Assembly (NCBI GenBank): GCA_963777505.1
Contig: CAVZQN010000008.1
Span: 503,493-567,492 of the forward strand
Origin: an uncultured bacterium
GTDB lineage: Bacteria; Acidobacteriota; HRBIN11; JAKEFK01
Direction: 5' to 3'
DNA length: 64,000 nt
Shown here: one piece after another, positions 33,015-41,924 of the stretch
Layout of the letters: each line of letters begins with the position of its first letter
Position numbering within the stretch: position 1 is the first letter of the stretch
Program-made: the position numbers and the translations under genes
Notes under the pieces: model-generated
Seen by the model: only the letters and a program-made list of their open reading frames with translations
Told to the model about the DNA's origin: nothing
The model's database searches: none

Positions 33015-33545
33015 CCTGACGTATCCTTCCAGTGCGCGTCGAGCCGCTGCAGGATTTCTTCTACGATTCCATCGATGCTCTTTTCGACGCCGGCGATCAA
33101 GGCATGCTCGCTCGTGTCGGGCTCTTCCAGTGCGGCGAACTGGCTGTCGAGCAGGCTGGCCGGAAAGTAGTGACCCTTGCGCTCGTTCAGGCGGCTCATG
33201 ATCAGTTCGCGGCTGCCCTGCAGATAGACGACGAGCACGTCGCGATGCTCGCCGACCAGCGCCTTGCGGTAGGCGCGCTTCAGCGCCGAGCAGGCGATGA
33301 CGACGTGCTCGCCCGCGGGACGCCTGCCGGTCGATCTCGGCGGCGAGGCGCGTCGAACCAGGGCCAGCGGTCGTCGTCGGTCAGCGGCGTGCCGCTGCGC
33401 ATCTTCTCCACATTGCTTGCGGGATGAAATGCATCGCCGTCGATGAACTCCCAGCCGAGCCTTTGCGCCAGCACTTCGGCGACCGTGGTCTTGCCGACGC
33501 CGGAAACGCCCATGACGATGATGGCGTGCAGCGCGCAGGCGGCAT
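33011..33545 (-). pseudogene. gntK: gluconokinase, about 2 frame breaks
   Basis: IIVMGVSGVGKTTVAEVLAQRLGWEFIDGDAFHPASNVEKMRSGTPLTDDDRWPW (33280..33645) and LVVYLQGSRELIMSRLNERKGHYFPASLLDSQFAALEEP (33011..33238). The ATG overlaps the gnd TAA (TAATG). Its TGA overlaps the next ATG (ATGA at 33011-33014). Confidence 0.8.
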
Positions 33546-34531
33546 TACGGCTTCCCGGGCTCCTTGTGGCCGCCGAAGCCGTCGCGCATCGCGGAGAGGA
33601 TCTTCTCCGCAAAGGTGTGCGACTGCCGCGAGCGGAAGCGCGCATAGAGCGCCGCCGTCAGCACCTCGGCCGGCACCGCCTCGTCCACCGCGGCGTTGAC
33701 GGTCCAGCGGCCTTCGCCGGAGTCCTCGACATGGCCCGAATAGCCGTCGAGCGTGCCGTTGCGCGCCAGCGCCTGCGCGGTGAGATCGAGCAGCCAGGAG
33801 GGGATGACGCTGCCGCGCCGCCAGACCTCGGCGACGTCGGCGACGTCGAGGTCGAGCCGGTGTTCCTCGGGCAGCGCCTTGCTGTTGGCGTTCTTCAGAA
33901 TGTCGAAGCCTTCGGCATAGGCCTGCATCAGACCGTACTCGATGCCGTTGTGGATCATCTTGACGAAGTGGCCGGCGCCGTTCGGCCCGGCGTGGATGTA
34001 GCCCTGTTCGACACGCGGGTCGCGCGCTCTCGCGGCCGAGCGTAGCGCGGAATGTCGCCGCGGCCCGGCGCCAGCGCCGCAAACAGCGGATCGAGCCGGT
34101 CCACCACCGCCTTGTCGCCGCCGATCATCAGGCAATAGCCGCGCGTCAGTCCCCAGACGCCGCCCGATGTGCCGACGTCGAGATAGTGGATGCCTTTTTC
34201 GCGCAATGCCTTCGCGCGACGGATGTCGTCCTGCCAGAAGGTGTTGCCGCCGTCGATGATGACGTCGCCAGCGGAGAGCAGGGAAGCCAGTTCGCCGATC
34301 GTCTCCTCGGTGATCTTGCCCGCCGGCAACATCACCCACACCGTGCGCGGCGCCGCAAGCTGTGCGACGAACCCGGCCAGCGTCGTGCTGCCGGCTGCGC
34401 CCTCGGCCTTGAGCGCAGACACCGCGTCGGCGCTCTTGTCGTAAGACCACGGCCTGAAAGCTGCCGGTCGCCGTCAGCCGCCGGACGATGTTGGCGCCCA
34501 TGCGCCCCAAGCCAACCATGCCGATCTGCAT
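33545..34531 (-). pseudogene. gnd: 6-phosphogluconate dehydrogenase (decarboxylating, short form), about 3 frame breaks
   Basis: [53 protein letters not shown] (33955..34422), [25 protein letters not shown] (33545..34531). Confidence 0.85.
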
Positions 34532-34680
34532 TCTTATGCACCCTCTGTCCAGCGCGCGTTGTCGCTGACATTATCGTCCATTCCTCATCCGTTTTGAAAC
34601 GAAGAAGATTGCCTTATGTCACAGGGCAAAAGGCGAGCTGATCAAGGAAATCGCAGCCACTGGCGAACGGGTTCGACCTG

Positions 34681-35673
34681 CTACTGCGAGCCTTCCAGTC
34701 CGAGGTCCTTCACGACCGTGCTCCACTTCGCGCGTTCTGCGCGGATGTAGCGGGTGATCTCGTCGATCGGCGCGGTGTCGACCGGCAGCAGTCCGGTCGC
34801 CGCGAGCCTTTCCTTGAAGGCCTTGTCGCCGGTGATCCGTTTCATCTCCGCATGTAGCCGGTCGACGATTTCCCGCGGGGTGCTCGCGGGTGCGACCAGC
34901 ACATGCCAGGAAACGGCTTCGTAGCCGGTGAGGCCGGTTGCCTCAGCCAGCGTCGGCACCGCGGGCAGGCTGGGCAGGCGTTCCAGTGACGTCACGGCAA
35001 GCGCCTTGAGACGGCCCTCACGGATCAGTGCCAGCGATGCACCCATTTCGGCGATCGAGGCATGGACATGACCGCCGACGACATCGGTGATCGCTTGCGG
35101 TGACGACCGGTAGGCGACATGCGTGGCCTCGAAGCCGAACCGGCGCTTCAGGGCTTCCATCGTCAGGTGCTGAAGCAGGCCCGCACCGGGCGTGCTGTAG
35201 TTGAGCGGGCTCGCAGCTTTATCCTTTGCGCGCTTCATGAATGCCTCGACACTGTCGAAGCCGGCGTCCGCATTGACTACGAGTACAAACGGAGACTTGG
35301 CGTAGAGTGCGATCGGCACGAAATCCGCATCAGGGTCGTAGGCAATCTTCTTGTAGAGAGTTTGGTTGACCGCCAGCGGCGCAATGGCCGCGACCAGCAG
35401 CGTGTGTCCGTCGCCGGTGGCGCGCGCGACTGAAGCCGCGGCCGTCATCATGGCGGCGCCGGGCTGGTTTTCGATGACAACCGGCTTGCCGAGGCTCTTC
35501 GCGAGCTCGTCGCCATAGATGCGTGCCACCGCATCCATGCCGGTCCCGGCCGCAAGCGGCACGACGATCGTGATGTTCCTTGAGGGATAGGCCTGTGCTT
35601 GAGTCGCGTCCGGCGCGGCAAACTGAAGAAGCAGCCCTAGCGTCAGGGCGGCGGCGAGCGTTCGAACCGGCAT
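34681..35673 (-). CDS. tripartite tricarboxylate transporter substrate-binding protein (Bug/TctC family)
   Basis: MPVRTLAAALTLGLLLQFAAPDATQAQAYPSRNITIVVPLAAGTGMDAVAR. Intact, with an internal ATG of ORF 34681..35781. Confidence 0.9.
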   Translation of the reverse strand: MPVRTLAAALTLGLLLQFAAPDATQAQAYPSRNITIVVPLAAGTGMDAVARIYGDELAKSLGKPVVIENQPGAAMMTAAASVARATGDGHTLLVAAIAPLAVNQTLYKKIAYDPDADFVPIALYAKSPFVLVVNADAGFDSVEAFMKRAKDKAASPLNYSTPGAGLLQHLTMEALKRRFGFEATHVAYRSSPQAITDVVGGHVHASIAEMGASLALIREGRLKALAVTSLERLPSLPAVPTLAEATGLTGYEAVSWHVLVAPASTPREIVDRLHAEMKRITGDKAFKERLAATGLLPVDTAPIDEITRYIRAERAKWSTVVKDLGLEGSQ

Positions 35674-35758
35674 CGGCGTGGACTCCCGGACATCTGGATG
35701 GCGACAAGGTGACGACGCGATGGAAACGCGCCGCGACAGGCTTGTCAAATCCATCCAG

Positions 35759-36436
35759 CTATCGTCCGCCTGCGCCAACAATCAGCGCCGCCACCTCGCG
35801 CTGCCCCTTTGCCCTGGCGTGTGCCAGCGGTGAGACACCTTCCTTGTCGGCAATGTCGGGCCTGGCTCCGGCTGCGAGCACGAGCCTGGTGATCTCGACA
35901 TGGCGAGGGCCGCCGTCACCGAGGATGACGATCTCCAGCAGGCAGGTCCAGCCGAGGTTGTTGATGTGATTGACGTCGATCTTCGTGGTCAGCAGCAGCC
36001 TGACAGTTTCCACATGCCCGCGCTCGCACGCCGGGATCAGGGCGTTGCCGCCGTAGCGGTTGCGCAGCGAAAAATCGGGACCCTTCGGGATCATGTGCCG
36101 CAGCATGTCCGTCCGGCCAAGCGCGCCGGCGAGCAGCCACGGGCTGTCCTGATTGGCGGCTTGTGCATTGATGCTGGCGCCGGCGTCGATGAGGACCTTT
36201 GCCGCATCCAGGTGATCGCGGGCGACCGCAATCAGCAAAGGCGTGCGGCGTGCGCCGTCGACGGGGTCGACCGGCGCACCAGCCGAGATGAGCTGGCGCA
36301 ACGCTGCGACGTCGCCACGATCGGCCGCCTGCAGCATCGCCTGTGCCTGCGACGGTTGCTGGCCAAACCCGGGACTACCCAGCGACATGAGCAGCCCCAG
36401 CGCAGCAAACACTGTGCGCAAATTCATGATTGGCAT
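35759..36436 (-). CDS. exported ankyrin-repeat protein
   Basis: MPIMNLRTVFAALGLLMSLGSPGFGQQ signal peptide. Then ANK-type repeats (GDVAALRQLISAGAPVD..., RTPLLIAVARDHLDAAKVLIDAGASIN, GNALIPACERGHVETVRLLL, ...SPLAHARAKGQREVAALI). The ATG at 36436 is 2 nt after the deaminase stop. Confidence 0.8.
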   Translation of the reverse strand: MPIMNLRTVFAALGLLMSLGSPGFGQQPSQAQAMLQAADRGDVAALRQLISAGAPVDPVDGARRTPLLIAVARDHLDAAKVLIDAGASINAQAANQDSPWLLAGALGRTDMLRHMIPKGPDFSLRNRYGGNALIPACERGHVETVRLLLTTKIDVNHINNLGWTCLLEIVILGDGGPRHVEITRLVLAAGARPDIADKEGVSPLAHARAKGQREVAALIVGAGGR

Positions 36437-36438
36437 CC

Positions 36439-36864
36439 TCAGCCGTCTTGCGGCGGTCCGCCATCGTTCGCCTCCGGTCCAAACCGCATCCGCGCAACGC
36501 CCGCCTGCGCCAGCGCGCTGGCAGAGGGCGCAGGGACGCGACGTGGAGTAGATGATCGTGCCGTCGAGTCTCCGGTTGCCCGTCCGCTGCTGCGCATCCC
36601 ACAGTGCGACGCGTTCGGCATGTGCATCGGCATTTCCATCGACGAAGACCCTGCTGGGGCCGTAGCCGACGATCTCGCTCTGACAAGCACTTCTCCATAG
36701 GGTTGATCCCCGCTGGCAATTGCCTGTTGCCTGATGCGCTCTGCCTCCGCGACGAAGTGTGCATCCTGGCCCCTCATGCCCAAAGATATCCGCGGCGCGA
36801 TCAGCCATGCGGCGGCGCCGCTTGCCGCGGCGACGATCCTCCGGCGACTGGTGCGGCCGTTCAT
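36439..36864 (-). pseudogene. CMP/dCMP-type (CDA-fold) nucleoside/guanine deaminase with twin-arginine signal, 2 frame breaks
   Basis: MNGRTSRRRIVAAASGAAAWLIAPRISLG (Tat-like SRRRIV plus hydrophobic stretch) and DQPYGEVLV in 36439..36912. EIVGYGPSRVFVDGNADAHAERVALW...IIYSTSRPCALCQ (HAE and PCxxC zinc motifs) in 35759..36808. C-terminus back in the first frame. Confidence 0.7.
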
Positions 36865-37005
36865 GCGTCTACTCCTGGGACCCGCATCAGGGAAACTTAG
36901 TCGGAGTATCACGCCGGGTGATACCGCAGTGCAAGCGCTCGCGCTTGTGCCGGGGTCGCGCGTTTCGTAAAATCACCCATCAGCCAACGTTCACAATCCG
37001 AGGAA

Positions 37006-38292
37006 ATGCCAATGAACATGCAGATTGCTCACACGCCGCGGCGCACCAGCTACGGGCTCACTCCCGGTGATGAAATGAACGATCTGCGCATGTCCGACCA
37101 GGTTCGGCCGCTTTATGATCATGTCCGCAGGTTCATCAAGGAGACGGTCGACCCGATGGCCGCCGAATTCGCGCGACTCGGGCGCGACAAGACCGACCGC
37201 TGGAGCTTTGCGCCCGGACAACTTGAGATCCTGCAGAAGGCCAAGGACAAGGCGAAGACGGAAGGGCTGTGGAACTTCTTCCTGCCGGACGCGGAGACCG
37301 GCGAAGGCCTCAAGAACCTCGATTACGCCTACATCGCCGTCGAACTCGGCAAGAGCCCGATGGCGTCCGAGACCATGAATTGCGCCGCGCCCGATACCGG
37401 CAACATGGAGGTGCTGGAGCGGGTCGGAACCAAGGAGCAGAAAGAGAAGTGGCTGAAGCCGCTGCTCAATGGCGAAATTCGCTCCGCCTACGTCATGACC
37501 GAGCCGAATGTCGCTTCGTCGGACGCCAAGAACGTCTCGACCACGGCAAAGCTTGTCGGCGACGAGTACGTGATCAACGGTGAGAAGTACTATATCTCCG
37601 GCGCAGGCGATCCGCGCTGCAAGATCATGATCGTGATGGTGAAGACCAACCCGGACGCGCCGCCGAGCAAGCAGCAGTCGCAGATACTCGTCCCCAAGGA
37701 CACGCCTGGTGTCCATATCCTCGGGCCGATGCATGTGTTCGGACACGATCACGCGCCGCGCGGCCACATGCATATTCGCTTCGACAATGTGCGGGTGCCG
37801 AAGGAGAACATGCTGCTGGGCGAGGGGCGTGGCTTCGAGATTTCACAGGTGCGGCTCGGCCCAGGCCGAATCCATCACTGCATGCGCACGATCGGCAAGG
37901 CGGAGAAGGCGCTCGACATGATGGTCACGCGTGGTCTCACGCGAGTTGCCTTCGGCAAGCAGATCGCCCATCTCGGCGGCAACCTGCAGATCATCGCGCA
38001 GGCGCGCTGCGAGATCGAGGCGATGCGGCTGATGGTGCTGAAGGCGGCCAAGGCGATGGACGTGCTCGGCAACAAGGAAGCGCGCGTCTGGGTCAGCATG
38101 GTCAAGGCGATGGTGCCGGAGCGGGCGTGCAAGATCATCGACCAGGCGATCCAGATGCACGGCGCCACCGGCATCTCGCAATGGACCCCGCTGGCCGACC
38201 TCTACACCGACGTTCGCCACCTGCGCTTCGCCGATGGTCCGGATGAGGTGCACTGGATGGTGGTCGGCCGTCACGAACTGAGCATGATGTGA
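37006..38292 (+). CDS. acyl-CoA dehydrogenase (ACAD10/FadE2-like), intact
   Basis: 428-aa ORF: SAYVMTEPNVASSDAKN, GEKYYISGAGDPRCK, IQMHGATGISQWTPLADLY. The start may be ATG 37012, which has better SD spacing. Confidence 0.9.
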   Translation: MPMNMQIAHTPRRTSYGLTPGDEMNDLRMSDQVRPLYDHVRRFIKETVDPMAAEFARLGRDKTDRWSFAPGQLEILQKAKDKAKTEGLWNFFLPDAETGEGLKNLDYAYIAVELGKSPMASETMNCAAPDTGNMEVLERVGTKEQKEKWLKPLLNGEIRSAYVMTEPNVASSDAKNVSTTAKLVGDEYVINGEKYYISGAGDPRCKIMIVMVKTNPDAPPSKQQSQILVPKDTPGVHILGPMHVFGHDHAPRGHMHIRFDNVRVPKENMLLGEGRGFEISQVRLGPGRIHHCMRTIGKAEKALDMMVTRGLTRVAFGKQIAHLGGNLQIIAQARCEIEAMRLMVLKAAKAMDVLGNKEARVWVSMVKAMVPERACKIIDQAIQMHGATGISQWTPLADLYTDVRHLRFADGPDEVHWMVVGRHELSMM

Positions 38293-38454
38293 GACCTGGT
38301 CACCACGGAGTCTCATGAAATCTGCCCGGGTGCTCCTGCGGGAGCATCCGGCGCGCGATGTCCTTCGCAACGAGCACGATTGGTCTTTTCCGGCTTGCTG
38401 ACGTAATGTTGCCGTCGGCTCGGTGGCTCCGGGCAACAGCATCGGGAGGGCGAG

Positions 38455-39462
38455 ATGACTGATTGGATGAGGCTCAATCGTCGTGAAATACTGAGTGGCG
38501 GTGCCGCGCTCGCTGCAACAGTGGCCCTGACGGGCGGGTCGCGCGATGCAGTTGCCAAGGCGCCCTTTGCCACCTCACAGTCGTCGTATTTCTATCGGTT
38601 CCCGCTCGGCAAGTTCCAGGCAACCGTAGTCTCGGATGGGCCGCTGCCGCTCGGCAAACCCTCGGATACGATGAAGGGGATGGCGGAAGCGGACATCAAC
38701 AAGGCGCTCACCGACAACTTCCTCCCGACCGATAGTGTGGTGCTCGAACAGAACATTCTCGTGCTCAACACCGGAAACCGTCTCGTCATGTTCGACAGCG
38801 GCATGGGCTTCTCGAAGGCATTCGGCGCCACGACGGGGAAACTGCTGGCGAATCTTCGGCAGGCGGGGATCCAGCCGGGTCAGATCGACGATATCATCTG
38901 CACGCACGCCCATATCGATCACATCGGGGGTCTTGCGAGCGCCACGGGCCAGCGGTTGTTCCCCAATGCAACGATCCACATTTCCCAGTCCGACTATGAT
39001 TTCTGGACCGACGAGCAAAAGCTTGCGGACAAGGACCTCGGCGCCTTCGTCAAGCACGCACGCGATAACCTTCTGCCCTACAAGGGGCGGATCGCATGGG
39101 TTTCGGACGGCAAACCAGTGCTGCCTGGAATCCAGGCGATGAGTGCGCCCGGTCACACCGTCGGGCATACGATCTACCTCATCGAGTTGGACAAGGCGCG
39201 TCTCGCCTTCACAGGCGACGTCTCGCATCATCAGATTCTGCTCACCGAGAAGCCGCGCACCGAGTTCGCCTATGACGGCGATCCGAAGCAGGCGGTACAG
39301 AGCCGGCTGCGCGTGTTCGACATGCTGGCGAACGATCGCATTCCGCTGCTCGCATTCCATTTCCCGTGGCCCGGCTACGGCAACCTGGCCAAGCAGGGCG
39401 AAGGCTTTCGCTACTTCCCGACGCCCATGACGATCGTGCGGATTCCGGCGAAGAAGTCCTAG
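38455..39462 (+). CDS. MBL-fold metallo-hydrolase with Tat signal, intact
   Basis: MRLNRREILSGGAALAATVALTGG. HxHxDH motif CTHAHIDHIGG. GGGAGGG SD. Confidence 0.85.
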   Translation: MTDWMRLNRREILSGGAALAATVALTGGSRDAVAKAPFATSQSSYFYRFPLGKFQATVVSDGPLPLGKPSDTMKGMAEADINKALTDNFLPTDSVVLEQNILVLNTGNRLVMFDSGMGFSKAFGATTGKLLANLRQAGIQPGQIDDIICTHAHIDHIGGLASATGQRLFPNATIHISQSDYDFWTDEQKLADKDLGAFVKHARDNLLPYKGRIAWVSDGKPVLPGIQAMSAPGHTVGHTIYLIELDKARLAFTGDVSHHQILLTEKPRTEFAYDGDPKQAVQSRLRVFDMLANDRIPLLAFHFPWPGYGNLAKQGEGFRYFPTPMTIVRIPAKKS

Positions 39463-39494
39463 CTACGTAGGGCAAGTCGGTCTGAAACGGTTCG

Positions 39495-39520
39495 GCGCCG
39501 GCAGGTCATTCTGCCGGCGC
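39495..39520. terminator. 10-bp perfect hairpin (GCGCCGGCAG-gtcatt-CTGCCGGCGC) between convergent genes
   Basis: Seen directly. It sits between the MBL stop (39462) and the minus-strand receiver gene stop (39560). There is no strong T-tract, so it is at best bidirectional or weak. Confidence 0.45.
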
Positions 39521-39559
39521 AAGTTTGCCTGGCCTTCGTTGATTGCGCGTGGTCTGCAT

Positions 39560-39925
39560 TCAGTGTTCCCGCGAACGCTCGGCTTCCCGCAGCAGGTCCA
39601 GCGGCCGCCAGGGTTTCGGCATGAAGGTCGCGCCGTGCGGCAGGTTCAGCGGACAGGTCGCCTGAGGTGATGACCACGTGGATGCCGGGATAATCTCTGC
39701 CGGGCAAGCCGGGCAAGGTCGATGCCGCTCATGTCGCCCGTGCAGGTGCACGTCGGCATAGATCATTGCGAGATCGCTTGCCGTTCTGTCTGCAGCACCA
39801 GCGCCGCGTCCTCGCCGCTGTCGCATTCGATCACCGTCATCTCGCACTCTTCCAGCAGCAGAGCCACCATCGCGCGCTGAATGTCGTCGTCCTCCACCAC
39901 CAGCGACTGTCGGTCTGGCCTTCAT
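39560..39925 (-). pseudogene. single-domain response regulator (CheY-like receiver), about 3 frame breaks
   Basis: Hand-chained: QSLVVEDDDIQRAMVALLLEECEMTVIECDSGEDAALVL / DLAMIYADVHL.GDMSGIDLARLARQ / YPGIHVVITSG / PHGATFMPKPWRPLDLL. From 39560..39925, 39459..39716 and a third frame. Confidence 0.65.
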
Positions 39926-40080
39926 CGCGGGTGCCCCTCGGCTGTAGCGCCATGCGAATCAGGCGCGCTGAGACATCGACTTTCTGCTTCGCAAGGGCCT
40001 GCGATATCGGCAACGATACCCTTTTGGACGGATGAAATTGCCCAATCGGCACTTTTTCGGCCGAAAATTGAGCGATTTTT

Positions 40081-40096
40081 CTGTGAAAACTCACAG
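40081..40096. promoter_or_regulatory. perfect palindrome CTGTGA-AAAC-TCACAG upstream of the HU gene
   Basis: Seen directly, about 64 nt upstream of ATG 40160. It is embedded in a run of T5 tracts. Confidence 0.3.
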
Positions 40097-40159
40097 AAGG
40101 CCTGTTTTTCCCGGCTTTTTCGGCAATATGGTCGCCGTGCAGAATCACAAGGAGCACCC

Positions 40160-40459
40160 ATGGCTACCCAAATGTCCAAGTCGCAACTGATCGAGACGAT
40201 TGCGACCACCACCGAACTTTCCAAGCGCGACGTCAAGAACGTCATGGAGACGCTGCAGGACGTCGGTCACAAGGAACTGAAGAAGAGCGGCATCTTCCTG
40301 CTGCCGGGCTTCGCGAAGTTCGTTGTCGTCAAGAAGCCCGCGACCAAGGCGCGAAAGGGAACCAACCCGTTCACCGGCGAAGAGATGATGTTCAAGGCGA
40401 AGCCCGCCCGGAAGATCGTCCGCGCGCGTCCGGTCAAGGCCGCCAAGGACGCAGTCTAA
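40160..40459 (+). CDS. HU-family histone-like DNA-binding protein (99 aa)
   Basis: MATQMSKSQLIETIATTTELSKRDVKNVMETLQDVGHKELKKSGIFLLPGFAKFVVVKKPATKARKGTNPFTGEEMMFKAKP. AAGGAG SD. Confidence 0.9.
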   Translation: MATQMSKSQLIETIATTTELSKRDVKNVMETLQDVGHKELKKSGIFLLPGFAKFVVVKKPATKARKGTNPFTGEEMMFKAKPARKIVRARPVKAAKDAV

Positions 40460-40487
40460 GCCGCGACATTCGCAGTCTCGCGATGAA

Positions 40488-40520
40488 GAGGCCCTCCGCT
40501 GTGAGGGCCTCTTTATTTTT
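40488..40520 (+). terminator. rho-independent terminator of the HU gene
   Basis: GAGGCCCTC-cgctgt-GAGGGCCTC followed by TTTATTTTT. Confidence 0.8.
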
Positions 40521-40543
40521 GGCTGGCTTGTTTGGGCTGCCGG

Positions 40544-41345
40544 TCAGCCGCGCCGGACGCTGGCGCCGCCGTCCACCGGCAGCGTCACGCCGGTGATGAA
40601 GCTTGCCTCGTCGGACGCAAGAAACAGCGCCGCGTTCGCCACGTCCCAGCCGGTGCCCATCTTCTTGCCCAGCGGCACCTTCGAGTCGCGCTCGGCCTCG
40701 ACCTCGGCGCGGCTCTTGCCGAACTCACGCGCGCGCGTATCCACCGCCATCGGCGTGTTCATCAGTCCCGGCAGGATGACGTTGGCGCGGATGCCGTACT
40801 GCGCGTTCTGGTAGGCGAGCTGTTCGGTGAACGAAACCATCGCCGCCTTGGTCGCCTTGTAGGCGACGTAAGGGTAGGTGGTGATCACCGCCATCGACGA
40901 GATGTTGATGATCACGCCGCTCTTCTGCGCTCGCATGATCGGGATCACGTGCTTGGCGGCCAGGATGCAGCTCTTCAGGTTGATGGCGACGCAGCGGTCG
41001 AACGCTTCCTCGGTGATCTTGTCGAGTTCGGCGTCGCCGCCGGCGAGGCTGACGCCGACATTGTTGTGCAGCACGTCGATGCGGCCCCAGCGGCTTGTTC
41101 GCTTCGTCGATCATCGCCTTGATCTCGGCGTTCTTCGTCACGTCGGCCTTGAAGGCGAGCGCGGTGCCCTGCTTCTCCGAAATCATGTCGGCGGTTTCCT
41201 GCGCCGAGGCGAGATTGTGATCGACGCACAGGACCTTCGCGCCTTCGCGGGCGAATGTGAGGGCGGTGGCGCGGCCGTTGCCGACGCCTTCGCCGGGGCT
41301 CTGGCCGGCGCCGACGACGATGGCGACGCGATCTTTCAGGCGCAT
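40544..41345 (-). pseudogene. short-chain dehydrogenase/reductase (SDR), 1 frame break
   Basis: 40725..41345 (MRLKDRVAIVVGAGQSPGEGVGNGRATALTFAREGAKVLCVD) and 40544..41074 (NISSMAVITTYPYVAYKATKAAM...GIRANVILPG). Confidence 0.85.
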
Positions 41346-41346
41346 G

Positions 41347-41901
41347 TCACTTCACTCCAGGCATCGGGTACTGCTGCAGTACCTCTTTGTAATAGGGCTC
41401 GTTGTCGATCTGCATGGTGGCGAGCACCCGCACGACCGCGCAGTAGAAGGCGATGGTGAGCACGAGGTCCACCATGTGTTCGTCCGACAGCTCTTTCTTG
41501 ATCTCTGCGAAGGTCGCCTCCGACATCGCCAGATTGCGCACCATTTCGCGCGCGCCCTTCAGCACGGCCTTGACCAGCGGTTCGAGGTTCGACGGCTTGC
41601 CGGCGGTTTCGGCGATCAGGCCCTCGATGTCCGCGTCGGTGACGCCGAATTCCTTGCCGATCTTCACGTGGTGGGTGAACTCGTACTCCGATTTCTCGAT
41701 CCAGCCGACCTGCAGGATGGCGAGCTCGCGCAGGCGCGTGTCGAGCTTGCTCTTGTTGCGGATGTAGCCGCCAAGGCCACTGAAGGCGCGCGCCATGTCC
41801 GGTGAGTTGACGAGCAGCTTGTGCAGGTTGGTGTTGCGGCTCAGCATGTCGCGGTATTGCTCGGCGACCTGGTGCGGTTCGAGATAGGGCAGGCGAGCCA
41901 T
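41347..41901 (-). CDS. carboxymuconolactone decarboxylase (AhpD-like) family protein
   Basis: MARLPYLEPHQVAEQYRDML...LRELAILQVGWIEKSEYEFTHHVKIG. Internal ATG of ORF 41347..42498. The stop is 1 nt before the start of the next SDR. Confidence 0.85.
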   Translation of the reverse strand: MARLPYLEPHQVAEQYRDMLSRNTNLHKLLVNSPDMARAFSGLGGYIRNKSKLDTRLRELAILQVGWIEKSEYEFTHHVKIGKEFGVTDADIEGLIAETAGKPSNLEPLVKAVLKGAREMVRNLAMSEATFAEIKKELSDEHMVDLVLTIAFYCAVVRVLATMQIDNEPYYKEVLQQYPMPGVK

Positions 41902-41924
41902 GGCTTTTCTCCTCCCGTTGTCGT

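Noticed and set aside
36439-36864. Deaminase interpreted as a polymorphic-toxin domain with the ankyrin protein as immunity
   Set aside because: The deaminase is a small stand-alone protein with its own Tat leader. It lacks an N-terminal delivery or trafficking region, Rhs/PAAR/T6SS/CDI context and flanking orphan modules. The ankyrin protein is itself exported rather than cytoplasmic. I kept it only as an alternative within the finding.
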